Shown piece after piece: positions 47,608 to 57,344 of a DNA stretch of 64,000 nt (position 1 is its first letter; each line of letters begins with the position of its first letter). The stretch is from an uncultured Gammaproteobacteria bacterium (GTDB taxonomy: Bacteria; Pseudomonadota; Gammaproteobacteria; Magnimaribacterales; D2472): the NCBI GenBank assembly GCA_964417685.1, contig CAYQIT010000001.1, forward strand, positions 17,157 to 81,156, given 5' to 3'. The translations under genes were made by a program, and so were the position numbers. The notes below the pieces were generated by a model that saw only the letters and a program-made list of their open reading frames with translations, was not told the origin of the DNA and ran no database searches.

Positions 47608-49278
47608 ATGGAACAGTTTAACGATTTTTTAATTTTACTTGATGGTAATTTAAGTGGATCTTGGTGGTTTCCAATATTGCTGGTAGGTACTGGAATATTT
47701 TTCACTATTTATCTTGGCTTTCCACAATTTAGATTTTTTGGTAAAGCATGGCACTTAGTATCTGGTAAAAATAAAAAAAATGATGACGATGATGGTGAAA
47801 CTACGGCTTTCGAAGCATTGACAACAGCAATGTCTGGAGCTGTTGGTACGGGTAACATAGGTGGGGTTGCTCTTGCTATATGGACTGGTGGACCGGCTGC
47901 TATATTTTGGATGTGGATTACTGCTGTATTTGGTATGACTACAAAATTTGTTGAAGTGACTCTAGGCCATAAATATAGAACAAAACTTGAAGATGGAAGC
48001 ATCTCAGGTGGTCCAATGTACTATATAGAAAGTGCATTAAATATGAAATGGGCTGGTATTCTTTTTGCTTTTTTGATGATGATTACTGCAATTGGTTCTG
48101 GAAATATGCCGCAGATCAATAATATAGCTTTAGTTATGAATACTGAATTTTCTGTACCGAAGTTATTTACAGGATTGTTCTTAGGAACTCTATTATGGGT
48201 AATAATAATTGGAGGTATTAAAAGGATAGCTTCTGTTGCTAGTAAAATCATACCGATCATGGGAATGATATATCTAGGAGGAGCTTTAATTATAATTATT
48301 GAAAATTATCAAAATATCATCCCTTCCTTTAACGCCATTTTTTCTCAAGTATTTTCTGGTTCAGCTGCGGTAGGTGGCTTTTTAGGAGCAAGTTTTGCTA
48401 TGAGCTTGAAATATGGTGTTGCAAGAGGTTTGTACTCAAATGAAGCAGGTCAAGGTTCTTCACCAATTGCTCATGCATCATCTAAAAATAAATCCATTGA
48501 TCAAGGTGTCGTATCAATATTAGAGCCATTTATAGATACTATTGTTGTATGTAGTGTTACTGCATTAGTTATTTTATCTAGCGGAGTTTGGACCCAAAAA
48601 TTTGATACTACTTTTGCAAAAACAGATATGGTTATTGTAGAGGGTGTTTATAGTGATCAAAAAAATGCTGATGGTTCGTTTGTTCACCCAAATCATATAA
48701 ATGAACTTACAAAATATGTTCAATCAATAGATTCTGATGTAAATGAATACACGGGTACTATAATTATTGAATCAGGTAAGCTTGCAGAATCGGATATTAC
48801 AATACTACATTCAAGATCTATTGCCGAAGATATCAAATTTACAACTAATGATAAATCTTTATTCACAGGTTCTTTAAACGTGATTGATGGAAAAATATCA
48901 GAATCAATAGTTCTTGAAGGAAAATCATTGGTAAGCTCTGCTGAGCTTACAGCTAAGGCATTTTCACAAGGAGTAATGGGAGAGTATGGCGGTAAGTTAG
49001 TTGCAATAGCTTTACTTTTATTTGCTTTCTCAACTGCTATTACTTGGTGTTATTACGGTGATAGGTCAACTGCATATATTTTTGGAGAAAAGGGCGTCTT
49101 TTGGTATAGAAATTTTTATGTTTTATGTTTTATATTGGCTGCTGTTATAGACACAACTATTGTTTGGAATATTGCATATGTTGTTGTTGCGCTTGTTTCG
49201 ATTCCTAACTTAATTGCTTTGTTTGTTTTAAGGAAAGAAATGAGGGAATTAACTAATGAGTTTGTAGAAGATAACTAA
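47608..49278 (+). CDS. sodium:alanine/glycine symporter (AGCS family) with a ~100-aa soluble insertion
   Basis: TAFEALTTAMSGAVGTGNIGGVA, GGPMYYI, YSNEAGQGSSPIAHA, FAFSTAITWCYYG; 556 aa. Confidence 0.85.
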   Translation: MEQFNDFLILLDGNLSGSWWFPILLVGTGIFFTIYLGFPQFRFFGKAWHLVSGKNKKNDDDDGETTAFEALTTAMSGAVGTGNIGGVALAIWTGGPAAIFWMWITAVFGMTTKFVEVTLGHKYRTKLEDGSISGGPMYYIESALNMKWAGILFAFLMMITAIGSGNMPQINNIALVMNTEFSVPKLFTGLFLGTLLWVIIIGGIKRIASVASKIIPIMGMIYLGGALIIIIENYQNIIPSFNAIFSQVFSGSAAVGGFLGASFAMSLKYGVARGLYSNEAGQGSSPIAHASSKNKSIDQGVVSILEPFIDTIVVCSVTALVILSSGVWTQKFDTTFAKTDMVIVEGVYSDQKNADGSFVHPNHINELTKYVQSIDSDVNEYTGTIIIESGKLAESDITILHSRSIAEDIKFTTNDKSLFTGSLNVIDGKISESIVLEGKSLVSSAELTAKAFSQGVMGEYGGKLVAIALLLFAFSTAITWCYYGDRSTAYIFGEKGVFWYRNFYVLCFILAAVIDTTIVWNIAYVVVALVSIPNLIALFVLRKEMRELTNEFVEDN

Positions 49279-49302
49279 TATAAAAATTCTAATATTAAAT
49301 TT

Positions 49303-50640
49303 ATGAAGCTGTATCAAAATTATTTTGTAACCATTTTTGTAATTCTCTTTATTATATCTTGTGGTGGAGGTGGAGGATCAAGCTCATCAGATACCTCCCC
49401 AGTTGGACCATCAAACCCTTCAATAACCAACTTTGTTTCTGATAAAGATTCTATTTTTACTAATGAATCAGTCACATTAACGTGGTCCACACAAAATGCT
49501 AACTCATGTGATAGGAGTGGTGATTGGGATGGAGTAACTTCAACTAATGGTTCGTCTTCAATTGTTCTCAATCAAGTAAAAACTTATACATTCACTCTTA
49601 CTTGCAGTGGAACAAGTGGAACACAAAATGCCACAGCATCTATTTCGGTTAATGTCTTACAAAGTACTAGTAATGAAGTTGGATTTGAGATTTATAATGA
49701 GGACAAGGATTCATATTGTAAAAATCCTCAAAATGACTCTTCAAGTTACTGGATTGACCATTTTGATTCAAATATCCTGGACCCAAATATTTATTCCTAT
49801 CAAACAGGTAATGGTTTTATGGCAGGTGATAGTTATATAGCTGGCTGGGGAAATAATGAGGTTCAATATTATACAAGCGACCAACCAAACTCTGCTAAAA
49901 GCTACAATCCCTCAACAAATACTACTGAAAATCTCTTTATTCAAGATAGCAAATTAATAATTCAACCTATATACGATATTAATAACAAATTTGAAGATCC
50001 ATATTGTATTGATAGAGACTGTAGTACCACTTGGGATCATACATCGGCCCGAATAATTACTTCTGCCTCTAGTAACGGTAATGGTAGTAAAGGAAAGACA
50101 ATAGGAATTAATACAGAAGTAACATCTTGTTTTAAGGTTCCAGCTGGAACAGGATTCTGGCCCGCAATATGGTTGCTACCCCAAGGTTTCATAGAAGGCA
50201 CTAAGTCATGGCCTAGAGATGGTGAAATAGATATTATGGAAGCAAGGGGAAGGGTGCCTGGAAGAGTAGGTTCCGCTGTTCATTGGGGTCCGCCAAGAGA
50301 ATTATATTCAGAGGAAATTCAAGTTCCACTATCAGTTAATTTTCAAGACAAGTTTCACTCACTTACTCTTGTAAGGACTCAAAATTCTATAAAGGTATAC
50401 ATAGATACAATTACTGAGCCTTTTTATGAATTCACCTCTTCAAATAATAGAATCATGGATGATTATTGGCCATTCAATGAAGATTTCTATTTGTTATTCA
50501 ATGTTGCTGTTGGTGGTGATTACGATTCAGGAAGACTTGATAATAACGCTTTATGTGTCAATGCAGAGTGCTCAAATCTATCTGATCCTTCTAAGGGGCA
50601 GCTCCAAATAGAATATATTGAAGTTAAATCTATTGACTAA
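49303..50640 (+). CDS. GH16 family beta-glucanase (laminarinase-like) lipoprotein
   Basis: Lipobox FIISC plus G/S linker. An Ig-like N-terminal module (VTLTWSTQNANSCDRSGDWDG...YTFTLTCSG). GH16 catalytic strand DGEIDIMEARG. Confidence 0.8.
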   Translation: MKLYQNYFVTIFVILFIISCGGGGGSSSSDTSPVGPSNPSITNFVSDKDSIFTNESVTLTWSTQNANSCDRSGDWDGVTSTNGSSSIVLNQVKTYTFTLTCSGTSGTQNATASISVNVLQSTSNEVGFEIYNEDKDSYCKNPQNDSSSYWIDHFDSNILDPNIYSYQTGNGFMAGDSYIAGWGNNEVQYYTSDQPNSAKSYNPSTNTTENLFIQDSKLIIQPIYDINNKFEDPYCIDRDCSTTWDHTSARIITSASSNGNGSKGKTIGINTEVTSCFKVPAGTGFWPAIWLLPQGFIEGTKSWPRDGEIDIMEARGRVPGRVGSAVHWGPPRELYSEEIQVPLSVNFQDKFHSLTLVRTQNSIKVYIDTITEPFYEFTSSNNRIMDDYWPFNEDFYLLFNVAVGGDYDSGRLDNNALCVNAECSNLSDPSKGQLQIEYIEVKSID

Positions 50641-51232
50641 TGTTTCTTTTCTCAAGCTCACTAATAACATCTATTATTGATAAGCTTTGATTTCTTAGTA
50701 AGACTAGTAAATGAAACAATAAATCAGCAGACTCATCAATAATTCTGCCATCTTTAGTTACAGCACTAATTGAAACTTCCCCAGCCTCTTCAGTAACTTT
50801 TTTTGCTATTTCTTTTAGCCCTTTTTGAAATAGTTGATTTGTATATGAGCCACTTTCTTCATTGAGGGCCTTTTTATCAATAATTTTTTCAAGTTTTAAT
50901 AAAAAATTGTTATTAGTAATATTTTTATCATTAAAGCAGGTAACAGGACCTTTATGGCATGTAGGACCTAAAGGATCAGCAAATATAAGAATGGTGTCAT
51001 TATCACAATCAATAAACATTTTTTTTAAAATTAGTTTATTTCCAGATGTTTCACCCTTCGTCCATAATTTTTTCTGGGATCTGCTATAAAAAGTTACAAA
51101 TCCAGTTTCTTTAGTTAGTTTTAATGATTCATTATTCATATAACCAAGCATTAACACATCAAGAGATTTATGATCTTGAATTATTGCTGGCAATAAACCA
51201 TTTGAATCAAATTTAAGTTTATCGGTATTCAT
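50630..51232 (-). CDS. hisI: bifunctional phosphoribosyl-AMP cyclohydrolase / phosphoribosyl-ATP pyrophosphatase
   Basis: HisI part (LLPAIIQD..YSRSQKKLWTKGETSGN..DCDNDT..GPTCH) fused to a HisE part (SYTNQLF..KKVTEEAGE). Confidence 0.9.
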   Translation of the reverse strand: MNTDKLKFDSNGLLPAIIQDHKSLDVLMLGYMNNESLKLTKETGFVTFYSRSQKKLWTKGETSGNKLILKKMFIDCDNDTILIFADPLGPTCHKGPVTCFNDKNITNNNFLLKLEKIIDKKALNEESGSYTNQLFQKGLKEIAKKVTEEAGEVSISAVTKDGRIIDESADLLFHLLVLLRNQSLSIIDVISELEKRNISQ

Positions 51233-51999
51233 ATTTTCCTTATATTAATCTTATGTTTAATCAAATCTTCTTTTAAATCTTTTATAGTTATGATGTCTTT
51301 ATGAAATATAGATGCGGCAAGACCACCAGAAGAATTAGTTTTATTAAATAAATCAATAAAATCTTTAGCCGATCCTGCTCCTCCAGAGGCTATAAGAGGG
51401 ATATTTATAAATTCATCTAAATATTGAATTTGCTCTACATCAAAACCATTTCTCTTACCATCTTGATTCATGCAGTTTAAAACTATTTCACCAGCTCCAA
51501 GTTCTTGAACCTTTATAACCCAATCTTTAGTATTTAGATTCGTATTATATTTTGTTGATTCACTTCCTGTTTTTGCATAGACAATGAAGTTATTATCTTT
51601 TTTAAAGCTATCAATACCTACAACAACGCACTGACGACCAAATTCATTTGATAAATCTTTTATCAAATAAGGATTTTGTATTGCTGGTGTATTAATGGAT
51701 ACCTTATCAGCACCTGCGTTAAGAATTTTTTTTGCATCATCAACAGTTTTTATTCCTCCAGCAACACAAAAGGGAATTGAGAGATTTTTGGCTATTTCCT
51801 TAACCCATTTTAAAGATACTGTTGAGTCATTTGTACTTGCTTTAATATCATAAAAAACAAGCTCATCAGCTCCCTGATCATTATATTTTTCAGCAAGCTC
51901 AACTATTGATCCAACCCTAACATGATTTTTGAATTGAACACCTTTAACTACTTGTCCATCAAATACATCCAAACAAGGTATTATTCTATTTGTTAACAT
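51229..51999 (-). CDS. hisF: imidazole glycerol phosphate synthase cyclase subunit
   Basis: RIIPCLDV..GQVVKGVQF, VAGGI, ASGGAG motifs. Confidence 0.9.
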   Translation of the reverse strand: MLTNRIIPCLDVFDGQVVKGVQFKNHVRVGSIVELAEKYNDQGADELVFYDIKASTNDSTVSLKWVKEIAKNLSIPFCVAGGIKTVDDAKKILNAGADKVSINTPAIQNPYLIKDLSNEFGRQCVVVGIDSFKKDNNFIVYAKTGSESTKYNTNLNTKDWVIKVQELGAGEIVLNCMNQDGKRNGFDVEQIQYLDEFINIPLIASGGAGSAKDFIDLFNKTNSSGGLAASIFHKDIITIKDLKEDLIKHKINIRKI

Positions 52000-52708
52000 T
52001 TAATAACTCTTTTAAAGAAATCTTATTTTCATATATAGCTTTACCAACAATACATTCATTAGCACCAAGCTTTTTCATAGTTAAAACATCATAAATTGAA
52101 CCAATACCTCCTGACGCAATAAGATTAATATTGGTATTTTTAAGAATTTGTTTATATGTATCTATATTCGGGCCTTGAAGTGTCCCATCTAAACTTATAT
52201 CAGTAGCTAGAACATTATGTATCCATTTATTTGATTCAAGAAAATCAAACAATGAGATTTTTGAGTTAACTGCCCAGCCGTGGGTAGCAAGGATAGGAAT
52301 GGAATTAATTAATTTAAAATCCAATGCAAATATAACCTTATCAACAAATTCTGATTCTTTTAGTTTTAATAAAAACTGATTATTTTCAATAGCAGCAGTT
52401 CCAACAATTACTCTATCTACACCAAGTGATATTAAATTTTTTACTCTTTGAATTGATCTAATGCCACCACCAACTTGAATTTTTAAGTTACTTAATTTTG
52501 CAATATCCTGAATAATTTCTAGGTTATCTAATGAATTAGTACTGGCTGCATTTAAATCAATAATATGCAAATAATCATAACCATATTCAATAAATTTCTT
52601 AGCTTGGTTAATGGGATTTGAATCATATTTTGTAACATGATTAAAATCACCTTTGAGTAATCTCACACATGATCCATCAAGAATATCGATAGCAGGTAAA
52701 ATTTTCAT
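51986..52708 (-). CDS. hisA: ProFAR isomerase
   Basis: ILPAIDILDGSCVRLLKGDF, VGGGIRS, ASGGIGS. Confidence 0.9.
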   Translation of the reverse strand: MKILPAIDILDGSCVRLLKGDFNHVTKYDSNPINQAKKFIEYGYDYLHIIDLNAASTNSLDNLEIIQDIAKLSNLKIQVGGGIRSIQRVKNLISLGVDRVIVGTAAIENNQFLLKLKESEFVDKVIFALDFKLINSIPILATHGWAVNSKISLFDFLESNKWIHNVLATDISLDGTLQGPNIDTYKQILKNTNINLIASGGIGSIYDVLTMKKLGANECIVGKAIYENKISLKELLNVNK

Positions 52709-53280
52709 GACTTTAAAATAAAGTTTTTAAGATATTTATGACCAACTTGTGATGATTTTTCAGGATGAAATTGGCATCCAATATAATTATCTTTTTGTAC
52801 TTCTGCAACAATGTTTTTAGAATATTGAGATGTTGCTTTTGCATGCGTACAGTCATGTACAGCATAACTATTAGCATAATAATAGTAGCCATTAAGATAG
52901 TCATTATTCTGCCAAGTTACTAAATTCCACCCCATTTGCGGTGAAGGAAAACTAGAAGAGGGCTCAAGTTTTTTAACTACGCCTTTGATTATCCCAAGGC
53001 ATTCAGTATTAGATTCTTGTGAAAAATCAAATAATATCTGCATCCCAATACAAATTCCTAAAATTGGCATCTCTGCATTCTTAATAAATAAATCAAGGTT
53101 AGATTTTTTTAAGTTTTTCATTACTCTGTCAGCAGATCCAACACCAGGAATAATTAATTTATCAACATTCTTTAACTTATTTAGATTATTTGTAATAACA
53201 GGTTCATATCCAAGTCTATTGATTGAATAGGCTATTGAACTTAAATTTGCTCCACCACAGTCAATTATTCCTATCTTCAT
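52705..53280 (-). CDS. hisH: imidazole glycerol phosphate synthase glutaminase subunit
   Basis: IGIIDCGGANL, PGVGS, GICIGMQ (catalytic Cys), QFHPEKS. Confidence 0.9.
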   Translation of the reverse strand: MKIGIIDCGGANLSSIAYSINRLGYEPVITNNLNKLKNVDKLIIPGVGSADRVMKNLKKSNLDLFIKNAEMPILGICIGMQILFDFSQESNTECLGIIKGVVKKLEPSSSFPSPQMGWNLVTWQNNDYLNGYYYYANSYAVHDCTHAKATSQYSKNIVAEVQKDNYIGCQFHPEKSSQVGHKYLKNFILKS

Positions 53281-55142
53281 ATCTGACCTTTAGTAGAATT
53301 ATCAAGTCTATTATTTATCTTTAAAGCAGTTCGCAAAGATCTCGCAAAACATTTAAAGGTTGATTCAACTATATGATGACTATTATTACCAATTACATTT
53401 ATGTGACAATTAAATCCAAGAGTATTTACGAAGGATATAAAAAAATGCGGGAACATTTCTGTAGAAAAATCTCCTACATATTCTGTGAGTTTAGGTATCT
53501 CAATATTAAGATTTATTCGAGATGCCATATCAATTGCAACTTCAGCCTTACACTCATCCATAACAATTACCTCTGATGATGCATATCTATCTATATTATC
53601 TCTGCTACCCAAAGCTTCTTTGAAACAATCAGCCAAAGTAATGGCAACATCCTCAATAGTATGATGTTGATCAACATCTATATCACCAAGTGCCTCTATA
53701 ACAAAATCAAATTCACCATGTTTTGCAAATTGTTCGAGCATATGATCATAAAATTTAATTCCAGTATTAATAGAATAATTACCAGTTCCATCGATGTTTA
53801 CACTTGTATAAATCTTAGTTTCATTTGTTTTTCTAAATTTAAAAGCAGTTCTTAAGTTCTGTTCCTTAGTTAAAAATTTTTCTCTAATTTCTACTGCTTT
53901 CATATGTCCATCAAGATTTTCTTCTAATGCAAGATTTTTGACGTCATTTGAAAGATTCATAAAACCTTCAATAGATGCTTTTTGGAATGTTATAGTTTTT
54001 GTAAAATCTTTTACTGATAATCCCGAGTAAGTTTTAGCATAGCCATTTGTTGGCAAGGTGTGGTTAGAGCCAGATGCATAATCACCAAATGATTCAGGAC
54101 AAAAGGGACCTAAAAATACCGATCCCGCATTATTAATTTTATTAGATAATCCAATTAACTCCTCATCAATAATTATTAAATGTTCAGGCGCATATTTATT
54201 AGTAAAACCTACTAAATCATCAATAGAATCAAATTTTATCAAATAAAGGTTTAATAGACTGCTTTCAATAATATCTTTTCTTTTAAGATTATTTATTTGG
54301 TTAGTTACTGAATCCCTAACCTTATTAATTAAATTTTTATTGGTTGAAAGAAGGACGGCTCTTGAATCGCTTCCATGTTCAAGCTGTGACAATAAGTCTG
54401 CTGCAATTAATTCACATTTATCTTCATCTTCACCTATTACAAAGACCTCACTAGGACCAGCGGGCATATCAATTGCAACTATACTTGATACAATTTTTTT
54501 AGCCTCAGTGACAAATTTATTACCTGGACCAAAAATTTTGTCTACTTTAGGTATTGATTCTGTGCCATATGCTAAAGAAAAAATTGCCTGAGCTCCTCCA
54601 ATTTTATATATATTTTTTACGTTTAAGATTGATCCTATCCACAATATTGCTGGATGAATTTCTCCATTACTATCTGGAGGAGTGCATATGTATATGTTTT
54701 TACAGCCTGCAACAATTGCTGGAATTATTTGCATTAACATAGAGCTAAACAAAGGAGCAGAACCTCCAGGTACATATAAACCAACCGAATCTATTGGTCT
54801 AGTTTCAGCCCATAAACTAATTCCTTTCGTTGTGTCAGCTGGCATTAAATTTAATGATCTAAATTGCCTTAGTGCAAAAGATTCAATGTTTGATTTAGCA
54901 ATTAATATTGATGATTTAAGTTCATCTGAAATTTTGTTTTCTGCATTAATAAAATCATTTTCAGAAACTTTTAGATTTTTTGATTGATATTCATCAATTG
55001 ATTTTTGAATTTTCTTTATGCCAAGATCACCCTCGCATTTAATAATATTCTCAAATTCTAAAATTTTAGCAACCTGATCTTCAGGCAAATCATTGTTACT
55101 CGAAGGTAATATAAATTGATTTGTATAATCAACTATATTCAT
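53277..55142 (-). CDS. hisD: fusion protein: histidinol dehydrogenase (N, ~430 aa) + imidazoleglycerol-phosphate dehydratase (C, ~191 aa)
   Basis: Single uninterrupted 621-codon frame. HisD motifs GGAQAI, QLEHGSDS, SGSNHTLPT. IGPD motifs RKTNET, FYDHMLEQFAKHG, DQHHTIEDVAI, NSHHIVESTFKCFARSL. Junction near 53852. Confidence 0.85.
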   Translation of the reverse strand: MNIVDYTNQFILPSSNNDLPEDQVAKILEFENIIKCEGDLGIKKIQKSIDEYQSKNLKVSENDFINAENKISDELKSSILIAKSNIESFALRQFRSLNLMPADTTKGISLWAETRPIDSVGLYVPGGSAPLFSSMLMQIIPAIVAGCKNIYICTPPDSNGEIHPAILWIGSILNVKNIYKIGGAQAIFSLAYGTESIPKVDKIFGPGNKFVTEAKKIVSSIVAIDMPAGPSEVFVIGEDEDKCELIAADLLSQLEHGSDSRAVLLSTNKNLINKVRDSVTNQINNLKRKDIIESSLLNLYLIKFDSIDDLVGFTNKYAPEHLIIIDEELIGLSNKINNAGSVFLGPFCPESFGDYASGSNHTLPTNGYAKTYSGLSVKDFTKTITFQKASIEGFMNLSNDVKNLALEENLDGHMKAVEIREKFLTKEQNLRTAFKFRKTNETKIYTSVNIDGTGNYSINTGIKFYDHMLEQFAKHGEFDFVIEALGDIDVDQHHTIEDVAITLADCFKEALGSRDNIDRYASSEVIVMDECKAEVAIDMASRINLNIEIPKLTEYVGDFSTEMFPHFFISFVNTLGFNCHINVIGNNSHHIVESTFKCFARSLRTALKINNRLDNSTKGQI

Positions 55143-56008
55143 TAGTTTAATACTTTCTCTATTGGCATAACTAAAATTGAAGATGCTCCATTAATCTTCA
55201 ATTCTTCCATCGTTTCCCAGAATACAGGCTCCTGACATAACGCATGAATAGCAACTTTGTTTTCATCTTCTAATGGGATTATTGTTGGAGATTCTGAACC
55301 AGGCAGCAACGAACAAATATTTTTAACATTATTAACATCAGTATTTAACATTACATACTTACTTTCACGAGCGTTTATAACACCTTTTATTCTATTAATA
55401 AGTTTGTTAGCAAGATCTAATTTTTTAGAATCTAAATCACTGTTTTGAATTAATACAGCCTCAGATTCGAGTATGGTCACAACTTCCTTTAAATTATTCG
55501 CTTCTAATGTAGCGCCTGATGAAACTAAATCGCATATACAATCAGACATACCAATATGTGGTGTTAATTCAACTGATCCGTGTATGTCTACAACTGATGC
55601 ATTTATAGAATTTTCTTTAAAATAATTGTTAACTATATTAGGGTAAGACGTAGCTACTTTTTTATTATTAAGATCTATATAGTCCTCATTTTCAGGTATT
55701 GCAAATGATAATCTGCATTTTGAAAAACCTAATTTAAGAATTTTTTTAATATTTAGAAGGTTTTTAGAAATAGTTTTTTCTAAAAGTTCATTCTCTCCAA
55801 TTATTGCAAGATCAGCATCACCATTATTTACTAGAGACGGAATATCATCATCTCTAACAAACAGAATATCGATTGGAAACGAATTAGATCTAATCAATAA
55901 TTTACCATCTCTTGAATGAAACTTAACACCAGACTTTTTTAATATCTTTTGGCTTTCATCTGATAATCTGCCATTTTTTTGTAGTGCAATTGTTATTCTA
56001 TTAATCAT
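55142..56008 (-). CDS. hisG: ATP phosphoribosyltransferase, long form
   Basis: ITIALQKNGRLS, DLVSSGATL and a C-terminal regulatory domain; 288 aa. Confidence 0.9.
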   Translation of the reverse strand: MINRITIALQKNGRLSDESQKILKKSGVKFHSRDGKLLIRSNSFPIDILFVRDDDIPSLVNNGDADLAIIGENELLEKTISKNLLNIKKILKLGFSKCRLSFAIPENEDYIDLNNKKVATSYPNIVNNYFKENSINASVVDIHGSVELTPHIGMSDCICDLVSSGATLEANNLKEVVTILESEAVLIQNSDLDSKKLDLANKLINRIKGVINARESKYVMLNTDVNNVKNICSLLPGSESPTIIPLEDENKVAIHALCQEPVFWETMEELKINGASSILVMPIEKVLN

Positions 56009-56277
56009 TTTTTTAATTTTTTAAGTATTCTTGTATAACCCTGATTGGGTTCATTAGTTAAAAATCTAGCAACCCTTGTAACTGTAGTTGTACTTGTTTT
56101 ATGTTTATTTGCAATCTCTCTATACGAAAGTTTCTCATCAAATAATGTTTGTGCAACAAGCCAACGTTCATTGAGTGCTTTTAATTCAGCTGGTGTACAA
56201 AGATCATTAAGAAATTCATCTACCTGTTTTTTATTAGTCAACATTAACAGTGCTTTTGATAGTTCAGTATATTTCAT
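56005..56277 (-). CDS. YerC/YecD-family TrpR-like DNA-binding protein
   Basis: 90 aa. LNDLCTPAELKALNERWLVAQTL..SYREIANKHKTSTTTVTRVARFL...GY parallels B. subtilis YerC along its length. ATGA overlap with hisG. Confidence 0.75.
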   Translation of the reverse strand: MKYTELSKALLMLTNKKQVDEFLNDLCTPAELKALNERWLVAQTLFDEKLSYREIANKHKTSTTTVTRVARFLTNEPNQGYTRILKKLKK

Positions 56278-56328
56278 AGCGTTGCAGTGTATTACTATGC
56301 TAAAACAATGTAAAGGCTTTATATTAAA

Positions 56329-57342
56329 TTATTTAGATTTTTGAAGGACGCTAACAATCTCTAGATGATTGGTATTTACAAATTGATCAAAGAATTCAAT
56401 TTTAGAAATTTTATAATCAGTTAATTTAGAAACATCTTTTGCATAAGTCTCCGGATTACAAGAAATATAGATAACATTTTCAAAACGATTTACCAAAGAT
56501 ATAACATCATCCGTTAACCCTGATCTTGGTGGATCTAACAATAAGTGTGAAAAATTATAATCAACTAACTTTTCGCCTTTGAGTCTATTAAATAATCTAC
56601 CTGTCATAGCTTCAGAAACTTCGTCACATGATAATCTCGAATACTTAATATTAGAGATATTATTTTTTGAAATTGCCATATCTAAACACATCATAGATTT
56701 TCGATTATTTTCTGTAGCAAAAACTTTATTAAATATTCTTGATAAAGGAATTGAAAATGTGCCGCAACCACAATAGAGCTCAAGTAAATCTTTGGGACCT
56801 TTTATAAATGATTCAACTAAATTCACCATCCTAGGAACCATATATCTATTTGGTTGAAAAAAAGTTTGATCAGTTTGATACAGATAAAAAGGATTATTTG
56901 AATTAATTAATTCTTCCAAAATTTCATTTGAAGTACTTAGTAGCTTTTTTTTACTTCTTAGAACAATTTCAATATTTAGATCTTTTGCAATCCTTGAAGA
57001 TTCTGTTAACAACTCAACATTAACTTCTTTGTGATATATGAGGCTAACAATAATTTTATTGAAATTATTTGCCCTAAAGTTAATTTGAAATAATTTTTTA
57101 TGTAAAAGATACGAATCATTAATTTTTATAGAAAGTTTTGGCATCAATTCTGAAATTGCTGGGTGAGCTAAATCTAATTTTGATATATATAATTTTTGTC
57201 CATTACTGACCATTGTGTATGAACCATTTCTATATCCAAATTCACACCTAGATCTAAATCCAGATGCTGGACTAATATTTGTTTTTACCGGATCAGGATA
57301 AAATGTTTTGATTAGATTGTGTGAGTTTTCTAGCTTATTCAT
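56329..57342 (-). CDS. trmA: tRNA/tmRNA (uracil-C5)-methyltransferase
   Basis: GFRSRCEF, ELYCGCGTFS, LLDPPRSGL, YISCNPETYAKDVSKL parallel E. coli TrmA. Confidence 0.85.
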   Translation of the reverse strand: MNKLENSHNLIKTFYPDPVKTNISPASGFRSRCEFGYRNGSYTMVSNGQKLYISKLDLAHPAISELMPKLSIKINDSYLLHKKLFQINFRANNFNKIIVSLIYHKEVNVELLTESSRIAKDLNIEIVLRSKKKLLSTSNEILEELINSNNPFYLYQTDQTFFQPNRYMVPRMVNLVESFIKGPKDLLELYCGCGTFSIPLSRIFNKVFATENNRKSMMCLDMAISKNNISNIKYSRLSCDEVSEAMTGRLFNRLKGEKLVDYNFSHLLLDPPRSGLTDDVISLVNRFENVIYISCNPETYAKDVSKLTDYKISKIEFFDQFVNTNHLEIVSVLQKSK

Positions 57343-57344
57343 GA

